Source: Candidatus Wolfebacteria bacterium GW2011_GWE2_44_13 (GTDB taxonomy: Bacteria > Patescibacteriota > Minisyncoccia > UBA6257 > UBA9933). Taken from it: 64,000 bases of DNA. Positions 30,840 to 41,750 of this stretch are shown piece by piece. The notes under the pieces were generated by a model. The model saw nothing but the letters and a program-made list of their open reading frames with translations. It was not told the origin of the DNA and did not search any database. The DNA is taken from contig LCHW01000001.1 of NCBI GenBank assembly GCA_001000675.1, forward strand, positions 488,875 to 552,874, read 5' to 3'. The position numbers and the translations under genes were made by a program. Numbering within the stretch: the stretch's first letter is position 1; the number at the start of each line of letters is the position of its first letter.

Positions 30840-32663
30840 TCAAATAAAATCCTGCTTCTGGCCTTTTGGCGCACGAAGCATAAGGAATACTCCCGCTAGT
30901 AAACCTACTCCAATAAGAAGAAAGGCTATCAATGAATACTGACGTTTTGCCGCTTGTACGGGGTCTTCTGTTGAAGCCTCCGCACGACCAAGTGCTCCAA
31001 AATCTTCTACGGTAACAGCCTCAGCAGTCTTTACGAAGCCAAATCGCGCACTCTTTGCAACAACTTTCCCTGTCTTATCGTTTATGGTTACATATGCCTC
31101 ATGATCCCCATCTGCTAATTTATTATCTAGCTCGTATACCCAATTTCCATTGCGATCTGTTTTTACTACGGCAATGGTTGGCACTTCACTATACACATAA
31201 ATAGTTACGTATATGTCGGGCAATGCCTTTCCTGCTAATCGTAGCTTTTCTTTCACTACTGTTCTTTTTTCGTTTACCGTCACCGCCTTCCCCTCTGCGG
31301 TTGTTGTCACTATCGGAACAATAACTTCTGCGGTTGTTGTGGAAAGTGCAATATTTTCAACTTGCAATACCGAAGCATTGACGGTCGTACCAAATGTCTT
31401 TGCACTTTGATATTGCGTCTTTGCTCGTACCTCAGGACTCGTTGGGTTTACATCTCCCCATAATTCTTTTTTCAATACTTCAATTTCACGTGTAGTCGTC
31501 ACAGAACCTCCTCCTTGTAATCCCGTGGAGATACTTTGAATACGCTGCACGATTGGAGGTGTTATTGTTTGTAGCAGAGGCACTTCCTCCCGCTTCTCTT
31601 CTCTTTTCTCCTCTCTTCTTTTCTCTTCTTGTTTTATTTCTTCTCTCTTTTTCTCCTCCTCCTGTTTCTTCTTTAACAATTCTATTTGTGTCTCAAATCT
31701 GCCCGCAACCGTTGTAGTCGAGGCATTCTTAGCGGGTGCTTCTTGTGGAGCTGTCATCTCAAGAAGTACTTCCTCTAGCGTATCTTCACTGGACGATGCT
31801 GTAGGGTCTACTGGCACTACTGGCTGCTCTACGGTGTTTACAATTTTTATTGTTGTTTCTCCCGCTTTGTATGGCTCTCCATTGTTATACGCATTCTTAA
31901 CCTTTGCAATTATCGTGTAGCTACCATCGGGGACCTGCTTCGTATCCCATTGATAGGCCCATTCTCCAAAAGAAGTTCCACTTACAAAAACGGCATTCCC
32001 TATTCTTATTGGTTGCGCTCCTCCTGTTGGAACGTGCATAAATTCAACTGTAGACGCTTGCTCAATTCTTCCTCTTATTATTATTTCTCCTCTCACAGGA
32101 TTCGGCAAAGAAGAGAACGTAAATACCTGATTTATATTATTGATGTACACAAGAATCTCATTACTTCTTATTATTGCACCATCAGTATATGTTGCCTGTG
32201 CAATAATAGAATATTTTCCATTTCCCACTTCTCGCGTATCAAATTCTTTTCTGCATTCTGTTTTAATTGCTTGCGTACTAGCACATTCGGCTAATACTCT
32301 TCTTTCTATCGTAGTACCTATATTTCTTATGCTAAATGTTACGCCCTCTGGATTATCATTTACAGAAACACCAAGCATGTGCATTCCTGTTAGCTGTTGA
32401 TTCGCAACAAGATTATTCAAAACCGCTACACGCACAACAACGGGGTCAGGCTCTGTCTGTACAGTTGCAGGTCCTACTGGATCGATATTTGGAGTTGAGC
32501 TCGCAGGCACGTCTACGACAACTGGAGCCGTTGTTGTCGCCGCAGGCAAATCATTAATAACTAGCATAGCTGCAAACATATTACTTGCTCCCCCTACTCC
32601 CAATAATGCAAAAGTAAGCCCAATTGCCATTACACCTAAAAACCCTAGTAGATAATTTTTCAT
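30840..32663 (-). CDS. Ig-like domain surface protein with N- and C-terminal hydrophobic segments
   Basis: WDT..VPDGSY Ig-like domains, coiled segment, GKALP..VTIYVYS..KTD.NGNW domain; lies between receiver and kinase genes. Confidence 0.7.
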   Translation of the reverse strand: MKNYLLGFLGVMAIGLTFALLGVGGASNMFAAMLVINDLPAATTTAPVVVDVPASSTPNIDPVGPATVQTEPDPVVVRVAVLNNLVANQQLTGMHMLGVSVNDNPEGVTFSIRNIGTTIERRVLAECASTQAIKTECRKEFDTREVGNGKYSIIAQATYTDGAIIRSNEILVYINNINQVFTFSSLPNPVRGEIIIRGRIEQASTVEFMHVPTGGAQPIRIGNAVFVSGTSFGEWAYQWDTKQVPDGSYTIIAKVKNAYNNGEPYKAGETTIKIVNTVEQPVVPVDPTASSSEDTLEEVLLEMTAPQEAPAKNASTTTVAGRFETQIELLKKKQEEEKKREEIKQEEKRREEKREEKREEVPLLQTITPPIVQRIQSISTGLQGGGSVTTTREIEVLKKELWGDVNPTSPEVRAKTQYQSAKTFGTTVNASVLQVENIALSTTTAEVIVPIVTTTAEGKAVTVNEKRTVVKEKLRLAGKALPDIYVTIYVYSEVPTIAVVKTDRNGNWVYELDNKLADGDHEAYVTINDKTGKVVAKSARFGFVKTAEAVTVEDFGALGRAEASTEDPVQAAKRQYSLIAFLLIGVGLLAGVFLMLRAPKGQKQDFI

Positions 32664-32675
32664 AACAATATTCTA

Positions 32676-33062
32676 TTATTTAGTTTTATTTATTATCTCC
32701 GCAATCTTCGGAATAAACTCTGCAAAATCCGCCGCCTTGCTCCAATAATCAACTGCACCTACTTCTTTAGCGGCTTTTATATCCTCTGGCCGATCATCAA
32801 TGCTTGTCAAGAATACAACAGGAATATCTTTGCAGTCAGAATCACTTTTTAACATATCAAGTGCTTCAGGACCATCAGCTTCTGGCATTATTACATCGAG
32901 TAGTATAAAATCTGGCTTTTCTGCTTTTGCCATAGCATACCCTTCGTTTCCGTTTTTTGCATACAAAACAAAATAACCTGCCATCGTAAGGCGTTCTCCA
33001 AATATCTCTCTTAACGCAGGGTCATCATCAACTACGAGTATCCTTTTTTGTGTTTCATTCAT
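32676..33062 (-). CDS. Single-domain response regulator
   Basis: LVVDDD, PDFILLDVIMP, VVFLTS. Confidence 0.92.
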   Translation of the reverse strand: MNETQKRILVVDDDPALREIFGERLTMAGYFVLYAKNGNEGYAMAKAEKPDFILLDVIMPEADGPEALDMLKSDSDCKDIPVVFLTSIDDRPEDIKAAKEVGAVDYWSKAADFAEFIPKIAEIINKTK

Positions 33063-33180
33063 GCGCCGTTTGTATTGCCATCTCTGTTTATAATTATTCG
33101 CAGTATACCATATATTCCTATTTTAAAACAAAAAAGGCGGGACACAGGGTCCCGCCATCTTACTATATAGGTAAAGTTTA

Positions 33181-34587
33181 TTAGTTGAGTACTTGCCCCT
33201 CTTTGCTGATCAGAAGAATTTTGCCTGCCGTGTAGGGCATGTACAAAATCCCATCCGCCGCGTGTAAGGCGCCAGGGTGCGTGTCCGGCATCCGCCACGG
33301 AAACACCGGTGGATTATCGGGGTTTATCCGAACGGTATTGTTCTCCCCGTCCCACCCGTAGAGATCGCCGTTATCGACAACCATAAGGCTAAAGGAAAGG
33401 TCTAGGAATCCCGGCTCGTTTACGTAACCCCACGCAAATGTGCCGTCCGCAGACGACGCATCGATGCGAAAAACTGCTCCCCGAAACACATCGGCCGTAT
33501 ATCCGATCACACCGCTAAAATAGAGCGCGTCGGTCGTCGAGTCAATGACAAGCGCCTGGTAGTACATCGAATCGCTTTCCATGTTCGCATCGACAGCATT
33601 GACCTGGCTTTCCCACTGGAAAGCTCCGGAATGCTTCTCGACCTTGCGGACGTACATCCGCTGTTGGCAGCCCGACCCGTTGGTAACGGTCCCGCCAAAA
33701 TACAGCGAGGTTGCGTCGACGGCAACCGAGTGAATACGTGGAGATTCCTCCCAGCCCTGCTCAAATATTACAGCTGCATCGGTAACGCGAATTCCGACCA
33801 CGGCGGTTTTATGCTCACCGAGCTGTCCATGGAAGGCGAACGCAATATAAATTGCACCACCAGCGTTATCGGCCGTGAAGCCGGTAAATTCACCTCCCAA
33901 CATGATGATCTCCTCCGTCACCTCGCCTGTAGCGAGGTTAATCTTCTGAAGGAAGCCTTCACCGAAGCCGGCTATTGCGCTTTCGTCCCATGCGCGCACA
34001 CTCACCACATAGGCGTACTCGCCGCTGGGAACAAAGATTCCATGCGGATAATTCACCCCTTGGCTTGTCGCTACGAGGACGTCGGTTTTGTCTGCGATAG
34101 CAACTTTGTCACCGTTCGCATCAAACCGACACAGGAAAGTCTTGTTGTCGTTGGCATACGCCACATACAGCAAACCGTCCACGGCTTTAACCATTTCCTG
34201 TCCGCCCGCAGTTACCGCGGTCACCCACGGCTTCGCCTTCACAACGAAGGTCTTAGTTGCGCCATCGACGGAGATTTCTTTTTCGCCGACCGTTGCAATG
34301 TCTGCTGCAGTAACAGGGATAGTGATCGTGGACGAATCCACAACCACCGCGTCTGCCCGTACTGTGTCGTCAAACTTGACGACACAGGCGGGTTTGAAGT
34401 TCTTACCCTCGATGGTCAGCGTAAACGCTGCACCACCGACGACAACCGACTCCGGGCTCAAGCTGACAATCTTCGCAACCTTGGGAACGGGCTTGGGGTC
34501 ATCCCCGCCACCGCTTCCACACCCGGCAACCAACAGCGACATTACCGCGACGATCAACATCGTCGCAAACCATTTGAGACTCTTCAT
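33181..34587 (-). CDS. Lipoprotein with IPT/TIG domain and probable beta-propeller
   Basis: Lipobox LLVAGC; SLSP...LTIEGKNF; AAAGGAG SD before MKSLKW; visibly higher GC. Confidence 0.7.
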   Translation of the reverse strand: MKSLKWFATMLIVAVMSLLVAGCGSGGGDDPKPVPKVAKIVSLSPESVVVGGAAFTLTIEGKNFKPACVVKFDDTVRADAVVVDSSTITIPVTAADIATVGEKEISVDGATKTFVVKAKPWVTAVTAGGQEMVKAVDGLLYVAYANDNKTFLCRFDANGDKVAIADKTDVLVATSQGVNYPHGIFVPSGEYAYVVSVRAWDESAIAGFGEGFLQKINLATGEVTEEIIMLGGEFTGFTADNAGGAIYIAFAFHGQLGEHKTAVVGIRVTDAAVIFEQGWEESPRIHSVAVDATSLYFGGTVTNGSGCQQRMYVRKVEKHSGAFQWESQVNAVDANMESDSMYYQALVIDSTTDALYFSGVIGYTADVFRGAVFRIDASSADGTFAWGYVNEPGFLDLSFSLMVVDNGDLYGWDGENNTVRINPDNPPVFPWRMPDTHPGALHAADGILYMPYTAGKILLISKEGQVLN

Positions 34588-34772
34588 GCCCGTACTCCTT
34601 TTCGCTCGCTCGTGCGAGCGGGTTCGTATTGCGTTAACGTACCAATCTTTCACCCTTTCGCCTTATATATAATTCACTTATCTATATGTCAAAATTACTG
34701 TCTATTTTATACCATATATCCAAAAATAATGCAATAGCTAAAAAACGCCTTTTATAGGCGTTTTTTGTCATT

Positions 34773-36581
34773 TTACTTATATCCCTCCGCTTGAATAGTG
34801 AATGCATTATGGTATTTACCCTTTAGCGCCATTAGCTCCTCGTGGCTCCCACTTTCCGCGATTGATCCATTGTCCATTACGTATATCTTATCCGCGTTGC
34901 GTACTGTCGAAAATCTATGCGAAATTGTGATAACCGTTTTGTCTTTGAAAAATTCGTAAATCTGTCCAAATATTTCAGCCTCCGAAACTGCATCAATTGA
35001 GGCGGTCGGCTCGTCAAATATTACTACCGGCGAATTGCGATAGAAGAAGCGGGCAATTGCAATCTTTTGCCACTGGCCCGTGCTCGGGCGCGTACCCCCT
35101 TTAAACTTTTCATCAAGTACCTGATCGTATCCGTTCGTATAATCGTCGATAAACGAACTTACATTCGCTCTGCTCGCCGCCAATTTCATCCTTGCTTCAT
35201 TTGGCTCTATATGTGAGTCACCTAAAAGAATATTTTCTTTAAGCGTAAGCGAGCCATATGTATTGTAGTCCTGAAACAATACTCCTAACTTTTTATACCA
35301 ACTATCTATCTTTATATTATTTATGTTCTCGTCGTTTAGATAAATACCGCCCTCCTCCACTTTGTAAAATCTACTTAACAGTTTTACTAATGTGGTTTTC
35401 CCTGCACCGTTTTCTCCAACGATTGCAATTTTCTCTCCCGATTTTATTTCAAGATCTAGGCCATTTATCACATATCGATCTGAATTAGGGTATTTAAAGT
35501 TAACCCCCTTAAATACCATACTCGGCGCGACCCCGCCTTCTTCTATTGCAACATTTCCGTCAGCAACCATCGACTTCATATCAAATACTTCTTTAACTTC
35601 ACTGATCCGCATGCACTGCTCGTATAGCGCACTATAACGGCCCCCCACTTGGGAAAAATTATTTACAAATATATCCAACGATCGCATTTGGAATGTCACA
35701 TCTCCGATTGAAATAAACCTACTGAAGAAATTTTTGAATATGCTAAAGTACCCAAAAATACTCGCCCCTACAGTCAACACTTTAAACGAAAATCCGAACA
35801 ACTCCCTTCTCTTAATGATTGCAAACTCTTCTTTTGCATATCGATCCGCAAAAGTCTTGAATACATTACTTAAATACTTATATGCGGAAGTTATTGTTAT
35901 TTCCTGAAGATTCACTGTTTCTATTAATGCACCGGATACAGAATTTGCCCTCCTCCTATTTTCTGTCTCTCTACGGAATAGTTGCCAATGTTTCCGTACA
36001 TAATATTTATTGGAATAAAAACCAGGTATCATCGCAACAAATACCACTAAGACCACCCATGGCATTATTTTTATGACCACAGCTGTTGCAACAATAAGCA
36101 CTACTATACGCGCGATAAATTCAATCGCTCCACGAAAGTGGTCACTTAAATTACCCAACATTTCTTTCGCCCGCTGTATTTTATTCACGACCTCTGGATT
36201 TTCCAACGTTTGAATACCCAGCGCATGAATATGTTTATAAAGCACCATTGGTGATTTAAAACTTGACGCGCTCGTCAGTACTCTTCCGAAATATGCTCTC
36301 GTAGATTGCGCTGCGGATATAAACAAATTATAACTAAGCAACAAGCCCAACATCGGAAAAATCTCGTTTGGGCTTACGTGAGTGGTAGCAATCCTTATAA
36401 CATCATCAAGTAATAAGGCAAAAATATATGCGTTGATTACCGGCGATACTTCTATAAGAATAGCAAGTACAATTTCAACTATAGCCGCCGTTGGCGCCAA
36501 TTTTATGTTATACGCGACAAGCCATCTTAATGTGCCGAGAAACTGCCCAAACGATAATTTTTTATCTTTATCTTCTTCCAT
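34773..36581 (-). CDS. ABC exporter, fused permease/ATPase
   Basis: N-terminal TM domain; GENGAGKT; PSTGQWQK; IFDEPT; SHR. Confidence 0.92.
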   Translation of the reverse strand: MEEDKDKKLSFGQFLGTLRWLVAYNIKLAPTAAIVEIVLAILIEVSPVINAYIFALLLDDVIRIATTHVSPNEIFPMLGLLLSYNLFISAAQSTRAYFGRVLTSASSFKSPMVLYKHIHALGIQTLENPEVVNKIQRAKEMLGNLSDHFRGAIEFIARIVVLIVATAVVIKIMPWVVLVVFVAMIPGFYSNKYYVRKHWQLFRRETENRRRANSVSGALIETVNLQEITITSAYKYLSNVFKTFADRYAKEEFAIIKRRELFGFSFKVLTVGASIFGYFSIFKNFFSRFISIGDVTFQMRSLDIFVNNFSQVGGRYSALYEQCMRISEVKEVFDMKSMVADGNVAIEEGGVAPSMVFKGVNFKYPNSDRYVINGLDLEIKSGEKIAIVGENGAGKTTLVKLLSRFYKVEEGGIYLNDENINNIKIDSWYKKLGVLFQDYNTYGSLTLKENILLGDSHIEPNEARMKLAASRANVSSFIDDYTNGYDQVLDEKFKGGTRPSTGQWQKIAIARFFYRNSPVVIFDEPTASIDAVSEAEIFGQIYEFFKDKTVITISHRFSTVRNADKIYVMDNGSIAESGSHEELMALKGKYHNAFTIQAEGYK

Positions 36582-36606
36582 AATTTAGAAATTATACCAC
36601 ATCTAA

Positions 36607-36681
36607 TAGATTCCCGCCGGAGTTTTACCCTGAGCTATGCGGTGAGCTTGGCGAACCGCTGTCGAATGGGCGGGAATGACA
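36607..36681. repeat. REP-like palindrome with a second repeat type nested in the loop
   Basis: gattcccgcc...ggcgggaatgaca enclosing ccctgagc...gagcttggcgaacc...gtcgaatgg. Confidence 0.7.
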
Positions 36682-36697
36682 GGGTGAGGAGGTGTAT

Positions 36698-37306
36698 TCA
36701 TCGATGAAACCCTAAATCCGCAGGATTATCGTCCCCTGATATATGTTGCACGCTGCCGCCGGCTGCCTCGAACTCATCGCGGAGTTTTTTTACCGCAAAC
36801 GCGAGCGTGCGCGTTTCAGGTGCGATACCCTCAACTTTAATCCTTCCTTTTGACCAATATTCGATAATAATTTTACTATCTCCGAACACTCGTAGCTCCC
36901 CCTCTTGTAATGCCAGCTCAATTGCATACTTACATGCAAGCAGTTCGCCGTAGTTGTTTGTTTTTTCTTTGCTTAATAAATGCTTACCGTGTTCGTTGAT
37001 AAACTCTTTTGCAATTACTTTTTGCAACAAGTCTTTTCCTGCTTCATCGGTTACGCTTATTTCCACGCCAAAGCCACGTCCTGTTCCTGCGTCAAAATAA
37101 ATACCTTTCTCTATTTCTTTTTTCACTTTCACTTCATAGTGCGCGCCTAAGCGCAACCACTCCTCTGCCTCTTGTCGTGTTTTAAATCCTTTATACCGAG
37201 CATCGTGCTTGCCCGATACAATTTCCTTACATACATCCCAATCGTCCGTTATTCCGTGCGCACCAATCGATGCAACATTGTATGCGTAGTATTTTTTTGG
37301 TTTCAT
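36698..37306 (-). CDS. rnhA: Ribonuclease HI with N-terminal hybrid-binding (viroplasmin) domain
   Basis: KYYA...W..C...V.G...RYKGF.T..EA; YFDAG; TNNYGEL; GDSK; N.AD. Confidence 0.82.
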   Translation of the reverse strand: MKPKKYYAYNVASIGAHGITDDWDVCKEIVSGKHDARYKGFKTRQEAEEWLRLGAHYEVKVKKEIEKGIYFDAGTGRGFGVEISVTDEAGKDLLQKVIAKEFINEHGKHLLSKEKTNNYGELLACKYAIELALQEGELRVFGDSKIIIEYWSKGRIKVEGIAPETRTLAFAVKKLRDEFEAAGGSVQHISGDDNPADLGFHR

Positions 37307-37310
37307 AGTA

Positions 37311-37994
37311 TTAATTTTCTCGCACCGCGGTTCTAATTGCATCAGTAATTCGTTCAACTTCATCAGTCGTCAATTGTTGCACTTCTTGTCGTTCGATAAG
37401 TCGAACAAGTTGATCAACACCCACCACATACGCGTCTTCTGCTTTGTTTAATTCAATCCCTGTTTTCGCATGGGGGCTCGAAAATACCACGACAGGTTGT
37501 ATATGGAGTGTTTTAGGAATGCGCCGTTTCAGCGCATCTTTTAATGCGTACGTTGCTCCCCATACCTGTCGAATGAAATTTTTATCGAATGGTTTTCCGT
37601 CGCGGAGCAGTCTTCCACCTTCAATCTTTATACGTCCTTTATGGCTCTTTACTTCGATTACCCATGTGCCTGTTGGTCCAACCACCACAAAGTCCATATC
37701 TCCTTTATTCCCAATCACGACGCTTCCAAGTACGCGAAACCGATGGTCTAACCCGCGTAAGACTGTTCGTACCACCATTTCTCCTCCTGCTCCTTGCATA
37801 CGTACGCGAATATCGCGTACTACATTTAATAATAGCTTCAATAGAATACCTATAATAATCACGTGCACTGCCAATGCCGCGCCCGACCCGCCAAGAAGTA
37901 CATATAACGGCTCTACGATACTCGCTCCGATAAGCACAACGATAAACGCAGCCTTACCAATATTTTTCCCAATTTGTTTTTCGTTATGCGCCAT
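37311..37994 (-). CDS. NERD-domain nuclease-related membrane protein
   Basis: Two TM helices; GAGGE; DMDFVVVGPTG.WVIEVK. Confidence 0.85.
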   Translation of the reverse strand: MAHNEKQIGKNIGKAAFIVVLIGASIVEPLYVLLGGSGAALAVHVIIIGILLKLLLNVVRDIRVRMQGAGGEMVVRTVLRGLDHRFRVLGSVVIGNKGDMDFVVVGPTGTWVIEVKSHKGRIKIEGGRLLRDGKPFDKNFIRQVWGATYALKDALKRRIPKTLHIQPVVVFSSPHAKTGIELNKAEDAYVVGVDQLVRLIERQEVQQLTTDEVERITDAIRTAVREN

Positions 37995-38058
37995 ATGTTT
38001 CAGTATATCGAGTATCGCTTATTTTTCCAACAATCAAAACAGGAGTATACTTATATAC

Positions 38059-40533
38059 ATGAAACGCACTGCTCCTTCTCCCGCACAATCAACTGGGCTT
38101 ACTTCTTCCGAGGCGCGCAAGCGATTGGCGCAATACGGCGACAATACTATCTACAAGAAAAAGCGACTTCGGCCAATTGTTGTGTTCTTAGAGAAATTTA
38201 ATAGCCCGCTTCTTATCATCCTTATTGTTGCAGCTATTATTGCATTCTTTCTTGGAGAGCGCGTTAATTCGATCATTATCCTCCTTATGGTCGTTCTTTC
38301 GGCTATTTTGGATTTTGTAAATTCATACCGATCAGAAAAAGCTGTTTCTCGCCTTACCTCGCGCGTTGCAACCTCTGCCACCGTAGTGCGCGATGGCATA
38401 CCACAGGAAATTGATTTTTCTCTCCTCGTCCCGGGTGATGTTATTTTTCTTTCTGCAGGAGACGTTGTTCCTGCTGATGCAGAAGTCACCCAAGCCGAAG
38501 ACTTCTTTGTGAATCAAGCCACGCTAACGGGAGAATCATTCCCCGTCGAAAAGCACCCCCTTTCCACAACTGACCACCCTATTATTTTTATGGGTACGAG
38601 CGTCGTTACGGGAACAGCAACCGCAACTGTTGTTATGACTGGTTCAATGACTGAATTTGGCAAGATTGCTAAACGACTTAGCCAAGAAGCGCCGGAATCT
38701 AGCTTTGATACAGCCATTAAAAACTTTAGTTATTTCATAATGAAAGTAACTATCGTGCTCGTCCTGCTTGTTTTTCTGATTCATATATTTCTCGGGCATA
38801 CTATGTTTACGACGTTTCTCTTTGCCGTAGCAATTGCCGTAGGTATTACACCCGAGCTCCTCCCTGTTATTATTTCTGTTTCCTTGAGCCGTGGATCCAT
38901 GATCATGGCTAAGAAGGACGTTATCGTAAAACATCTTCCCGCCATTCAAAATTTCGGCAGTATGAATGTTTTATGCACGGATAAAACAGGAACGCTTACT
39001 GAAGACAAGATTGTTATGGTTAACTATCTTGATACCTTTGGCGAAGTTTACGAGCCAATTCTCTTCTATTCATATATCACCACGGCACTCCATTCTGGCA
39101 TTCGCAGTCCGCTCGACACTGCTATCGCAGAGCATAAACAATTTGATATTTCTGCCTATACAAAAATTGACGAGATTCCCTTTGATTTTGAACGCAAGCG
39201 CGGCAGCCTCGTTATCGAACACGATAGCAAGGGTATTCTTGTCACTAAGGGTACTCCTGAAGACGTTCTCTCTATCTCTACTGCGTGCGAACGAAGTGGA
39301 GCGAATTGTGCATTCTCTCCCGATCTTGTGCGCGCTGCGCATGAGCGTTATCAGCAGCTTAGTGCCGAAGGATATCGCGTCCTTGCGGTTGCTACGCGCG
39401 AAATTACACTGACGGAAGAAGTGTACACAAAAGACGCTGAACACGATATGACGTTTCTTGGATTTATTATTTTTCTCGATCCTCCCAAAGCAACTGCCGC
39501 CGAAGCTGTTCGCGATTTGCATGAGCTTGGTGTAGAAATAAAAATCCTTACGGGTGACAGCGACATTCTTACCAAAAAGATTTGTCTTGATATTGGCCTT
39601 CCTGTGCGCGGTATCGTTACGGGAACAGACGTTGCACAAATGAATGATGCAGAGCTTATGCATCGCGCAACCACAACCACTATTTTTGCACGCATTAATC
39701 CTGAGCAAAAGGAACGCATTATTCTTGCGCTTAAACGCGGCGGGGCTGTTGTTGGCTATCTTGGCGACGGCATCAATGACGCACCCGCTCTTCGTGCTGC
39801 TGATGTAAGTATTTCCGTGAACAACGCCGTTGACGTTGCAAAAGAAACGGCAAGTATTATTTTGCTTCGTAAAAGTTTGCGTGCATTGCGCGATGGTGTT
39901 ATCGAGGGCCGTAAAACGTTCCACAACACAACGAAATATATTCTTATGGGGTTGAGCTCTAACTTTGGGAATATGCTCTCCATGACCGCGGTATCGTTGT
40001 TTATTCCGTTTCTTCCTATGCTTCCGGCACAAATTCTCTTGAATAACTTCCTCTATGATTCATCTCAAATTACGCTCCCTACCGATACGGTTGATGCTAC
40101 AGATATTCGCATGCCACCAAAGTGGGATATTCATTTCTTGAAGCGGTTCATGCTTGTCTTTGGACTTATTAGTACGTTCTTCGATTTTATCACGTTTGGC
40201 TTTCTCTTCTTCGTTTTTAAGCTTTCGGAAAGCCAATTTCAAACAGGGTGGTTTATTGAATCCCTTGCAACACAAGTGTTCGTAATTTATATCATCCGCA
40301 CTAAAAAAATTCCGTTTCTCGAAAGCGCGCCAGGGCCACTCCTTTTTGCTACGACTTTCGCCGCCGTTCTTATTGGATGGATTATTCCATTCACCTCCCT
40401 TGGCGATTACTTCCTCTTTGAATCGCTTCCTCTGCAAGTAATTATCGGTATTGTTTCCATCGCGGTTGTATATCTCATTGCCGTTGAATTTGCTAAGCGC
40501 ATATTCTATCGACGTATGGCAGCTACATCATAA
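38059..40533 (+). CDS. mgtA: Magnesium-translocating P-type ATPase
   Basis: GLTS.EA, TGES, TPELLP, DKTGTLT, IPFDFERKR, TGD, GDGINDAP, SSNFGN; start moved to MKRTAP. Confidence 0.9.
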   Translation: MKRTAPSPAQSTGLTSSEARKRLAQYGDNTIYKKKRLRPIVVFLEKFNSPLLIILIVAAIIAFFLGERVNSIIILLMVVLSAILDFVNSYRSEKAVSRLTSRVATSATVVRDGIPQEIDFSLLVPGDVIFLSAGDVVPADAEVTQAEDFFVNQATLTGESFPVEKHPLSTTDHPIIFMGTSVVTGTATATVVMTGSMTEFGKIAKRLSQEAPESSFDTAIKNFSYFIMKVTIVLVLLVFLIHIFLGHTMFTTFLFAVAIAVGITPELLPVIISVSLSRGSMIMAKKDVIVKHLPAIQNFGSMNVLCTDKTGTLTEDKIVMVNYLDTFGEVYEPILFYSYITTALHSGIRSPLDTAIAEHKQFDISAYTKIDEIPFDFERKRGSLVIEHDSKGILVTKGTPEDVLSISTACERSGANCAFSPDLVRAAHERYQQLSAEGYRVLAVATREITLTEEVYTKDAEHDMTFLGFIIFLDPPKATAAEAVRDLHELGVEIKILTGDSDILTKKICLDIGLPVRGIVTGTDVAQMNDAELMHRATTTTIFARINPEQKERIILALKRGGAVVGYLGDGINDAPALRAADVSISVNNAVDVAKETASIILLRKSLRALRDGVIEGRKTFHNTTKYILMGLSSNFGNMLSMTAVSLFIPFLPMLPAQILLNNFLYDSSQITLPTDTVDATDIRMPPKWDIHFLKRFMLVFGLISTFFDFITFGFLFFVFKLSESQFQTGWFIESLATQVFVIYIIRTKKIPFLESAPGPLLFATTFAAVLIGWIIPFTSLGDYFLFESLPLQVIIGIVSIAVVYLIAVEFAKRIFYRRMAATS

Positions 40534-40584
40534 TGACATTAATAAAAACGTACGCCCTAGGGCGTACGATTTTATTATTGTGTA

Positions 40585-40794
40585 TTAATTCCACTCCCCT
40601 GCCTCCATGCGCATTTTGATTTCTTCGTTGAGCATTGCAATATGCTTTTTATCATCCTCGAGTATCTGCTTTAGTGCATCCACACTATGACACTGCACTT
40701 TTTCTGCGTCTTCGATATAGTGCTTTTCAAGACGCCACACGGTATCTAACTTTGTATGCAATAACTTTAATAAATCGTAGTTGATGTTTTTCAT
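40585..40794 (-). CDS. Small ferritin-like helical protein
   Basis: YDL...L...W...Y..DA...C...D..HI pattern. Confidence 0.6.
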   Translation of the reverse strand: MKNINYDLLKLLHTKLDTVWRLEKHYIEDAEKVQCHSVDALKQILEDDKKHIAMLNEEIKMRMEAGEWN

Positions 40795-40821
40795 AATTGT
40801 TATATTGATTAGTATGTTTAT

Positions 40822-41229
40822 TTAGCACAACCCATGCTCATGGAAACAATCTACGTATTTTTTATCGGTTTCCATAATATGCCCAATAATCCAGCCTTCT
40901 AGAAATTCGACCATTTCGCTTGCCATTTCCACATCTCCCTCGTGATAGCGGCTTTCAAAGTCTGCAACCGTTGCCGCAAGATCACGATGTCGCTCCTTAT
41001 GATCCTCGGTATATTCGTAGTTGAATTCTTCAAAATACTTTTCCTCGGTGGCAAAGTGGTTTGCGGTATGTGCTACTAGCTTTGCGATAACACCCCCAAT
41101 TTTATGCCCTGTATCTAGTGAGCTAATTGCTTCAAACATTTCGTCTAGCAGGCCAAAAAAATGCTTGTGCTGCTCGTCGATTAATTCCACACCAACGCTA
41201 TATTCATCTGTCCATTTAATATGTGCCAT
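40822..41229 (-). CDS. Bacteriohemerythrin
   Basis: W...YSVG...ID.QH, HF..EE, H...H, HI...D. Confidence 0.93.
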   Translation of the reverse strand: MAHIKWTDEYSVGVELIDEQHKHFFGLLDEMFEAISSLDTGHKIGGVIAKLVAHTANHFATEEKYFEEFNYEYTEDHKERHRDLAATVADFESRYHEGDVEMASEMVEFLEGWIIGHIMETDKKYVDCFHEHGLC

Positions 41230-41323
41230 ACCAGTAATTTTATTTAGTATACCATAGGTGCCCTATCCATTGCATCTCTATTATGAATACGCTACCATAT
41301 ACAGCATCACTCTCATTATTATC

Positions 41324-41734
41324 ATGAAACGCACACAAACAAAGCAGCCGTTTACTGTTCGTCGCGCAGCAGCTGGAGCAGGACTTGGCTTGTTCGCAAC
41401 CGCTCCCATCAAAAAAGGGGCTTTCATCATAGAATATACCGGCGAGAAAATAACCAACGCAGAGGCTGATCGCCGCGGTGGTCGCTATCTGTTTAACATC
41501 AATTCTAAGTGGACCCTTGACGGTAAAGAACACCACAATACTGCTCGCTATATCAACCACTCGTGCCAGCCAAATTGTGAATCACGCATTGTCGGCGGTA
41601 AGGTAAAAATTTACGCCACTGAAGAAATAATCCCAGGCGAAGAACTTGCCTATGATTATGGCGAAGAATATTTTGAAGAGTTTCTTAAGCCACACGGATG
41701 CCGCTGCGTAAAGTGTCATCACCCTAAAAAATAA
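41324..41734 (+). CDS. SET-domain lysine methyltransferase
   Basis: GLGLFA, IEYTGE, RYINHSCQPN, EELAYDYG, post-SET CRC..C. Confidence 0.92.
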   Translation: MKRTQTKQPFTVRRAAAGAGLGLFATAPIKKGAFIIEYTGEKITNAEADRRGGRYLFNINSKWTLDGKEHHNTARYINHSCQPNCESRIVGGKVKIYATEEIIPGEELAYDYGEEYFEEFLKPHGCRCVKCHHPKK

Positions 41735-41750
41735 AAGACCTATTGGTCTT

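Noticed and set aside
33631-34737. 368-aa and 194-aa plus-strand ORFs
   Set aside because: Antisense to the GC-rich lipoprotein gene, which has the SD and lipobox.
37444-38058. 205-aa N-terminal extension of MgtA
   Set aside because: It overlaps the NERD gene antisense; MgtA similarity begins after ATG 38059.
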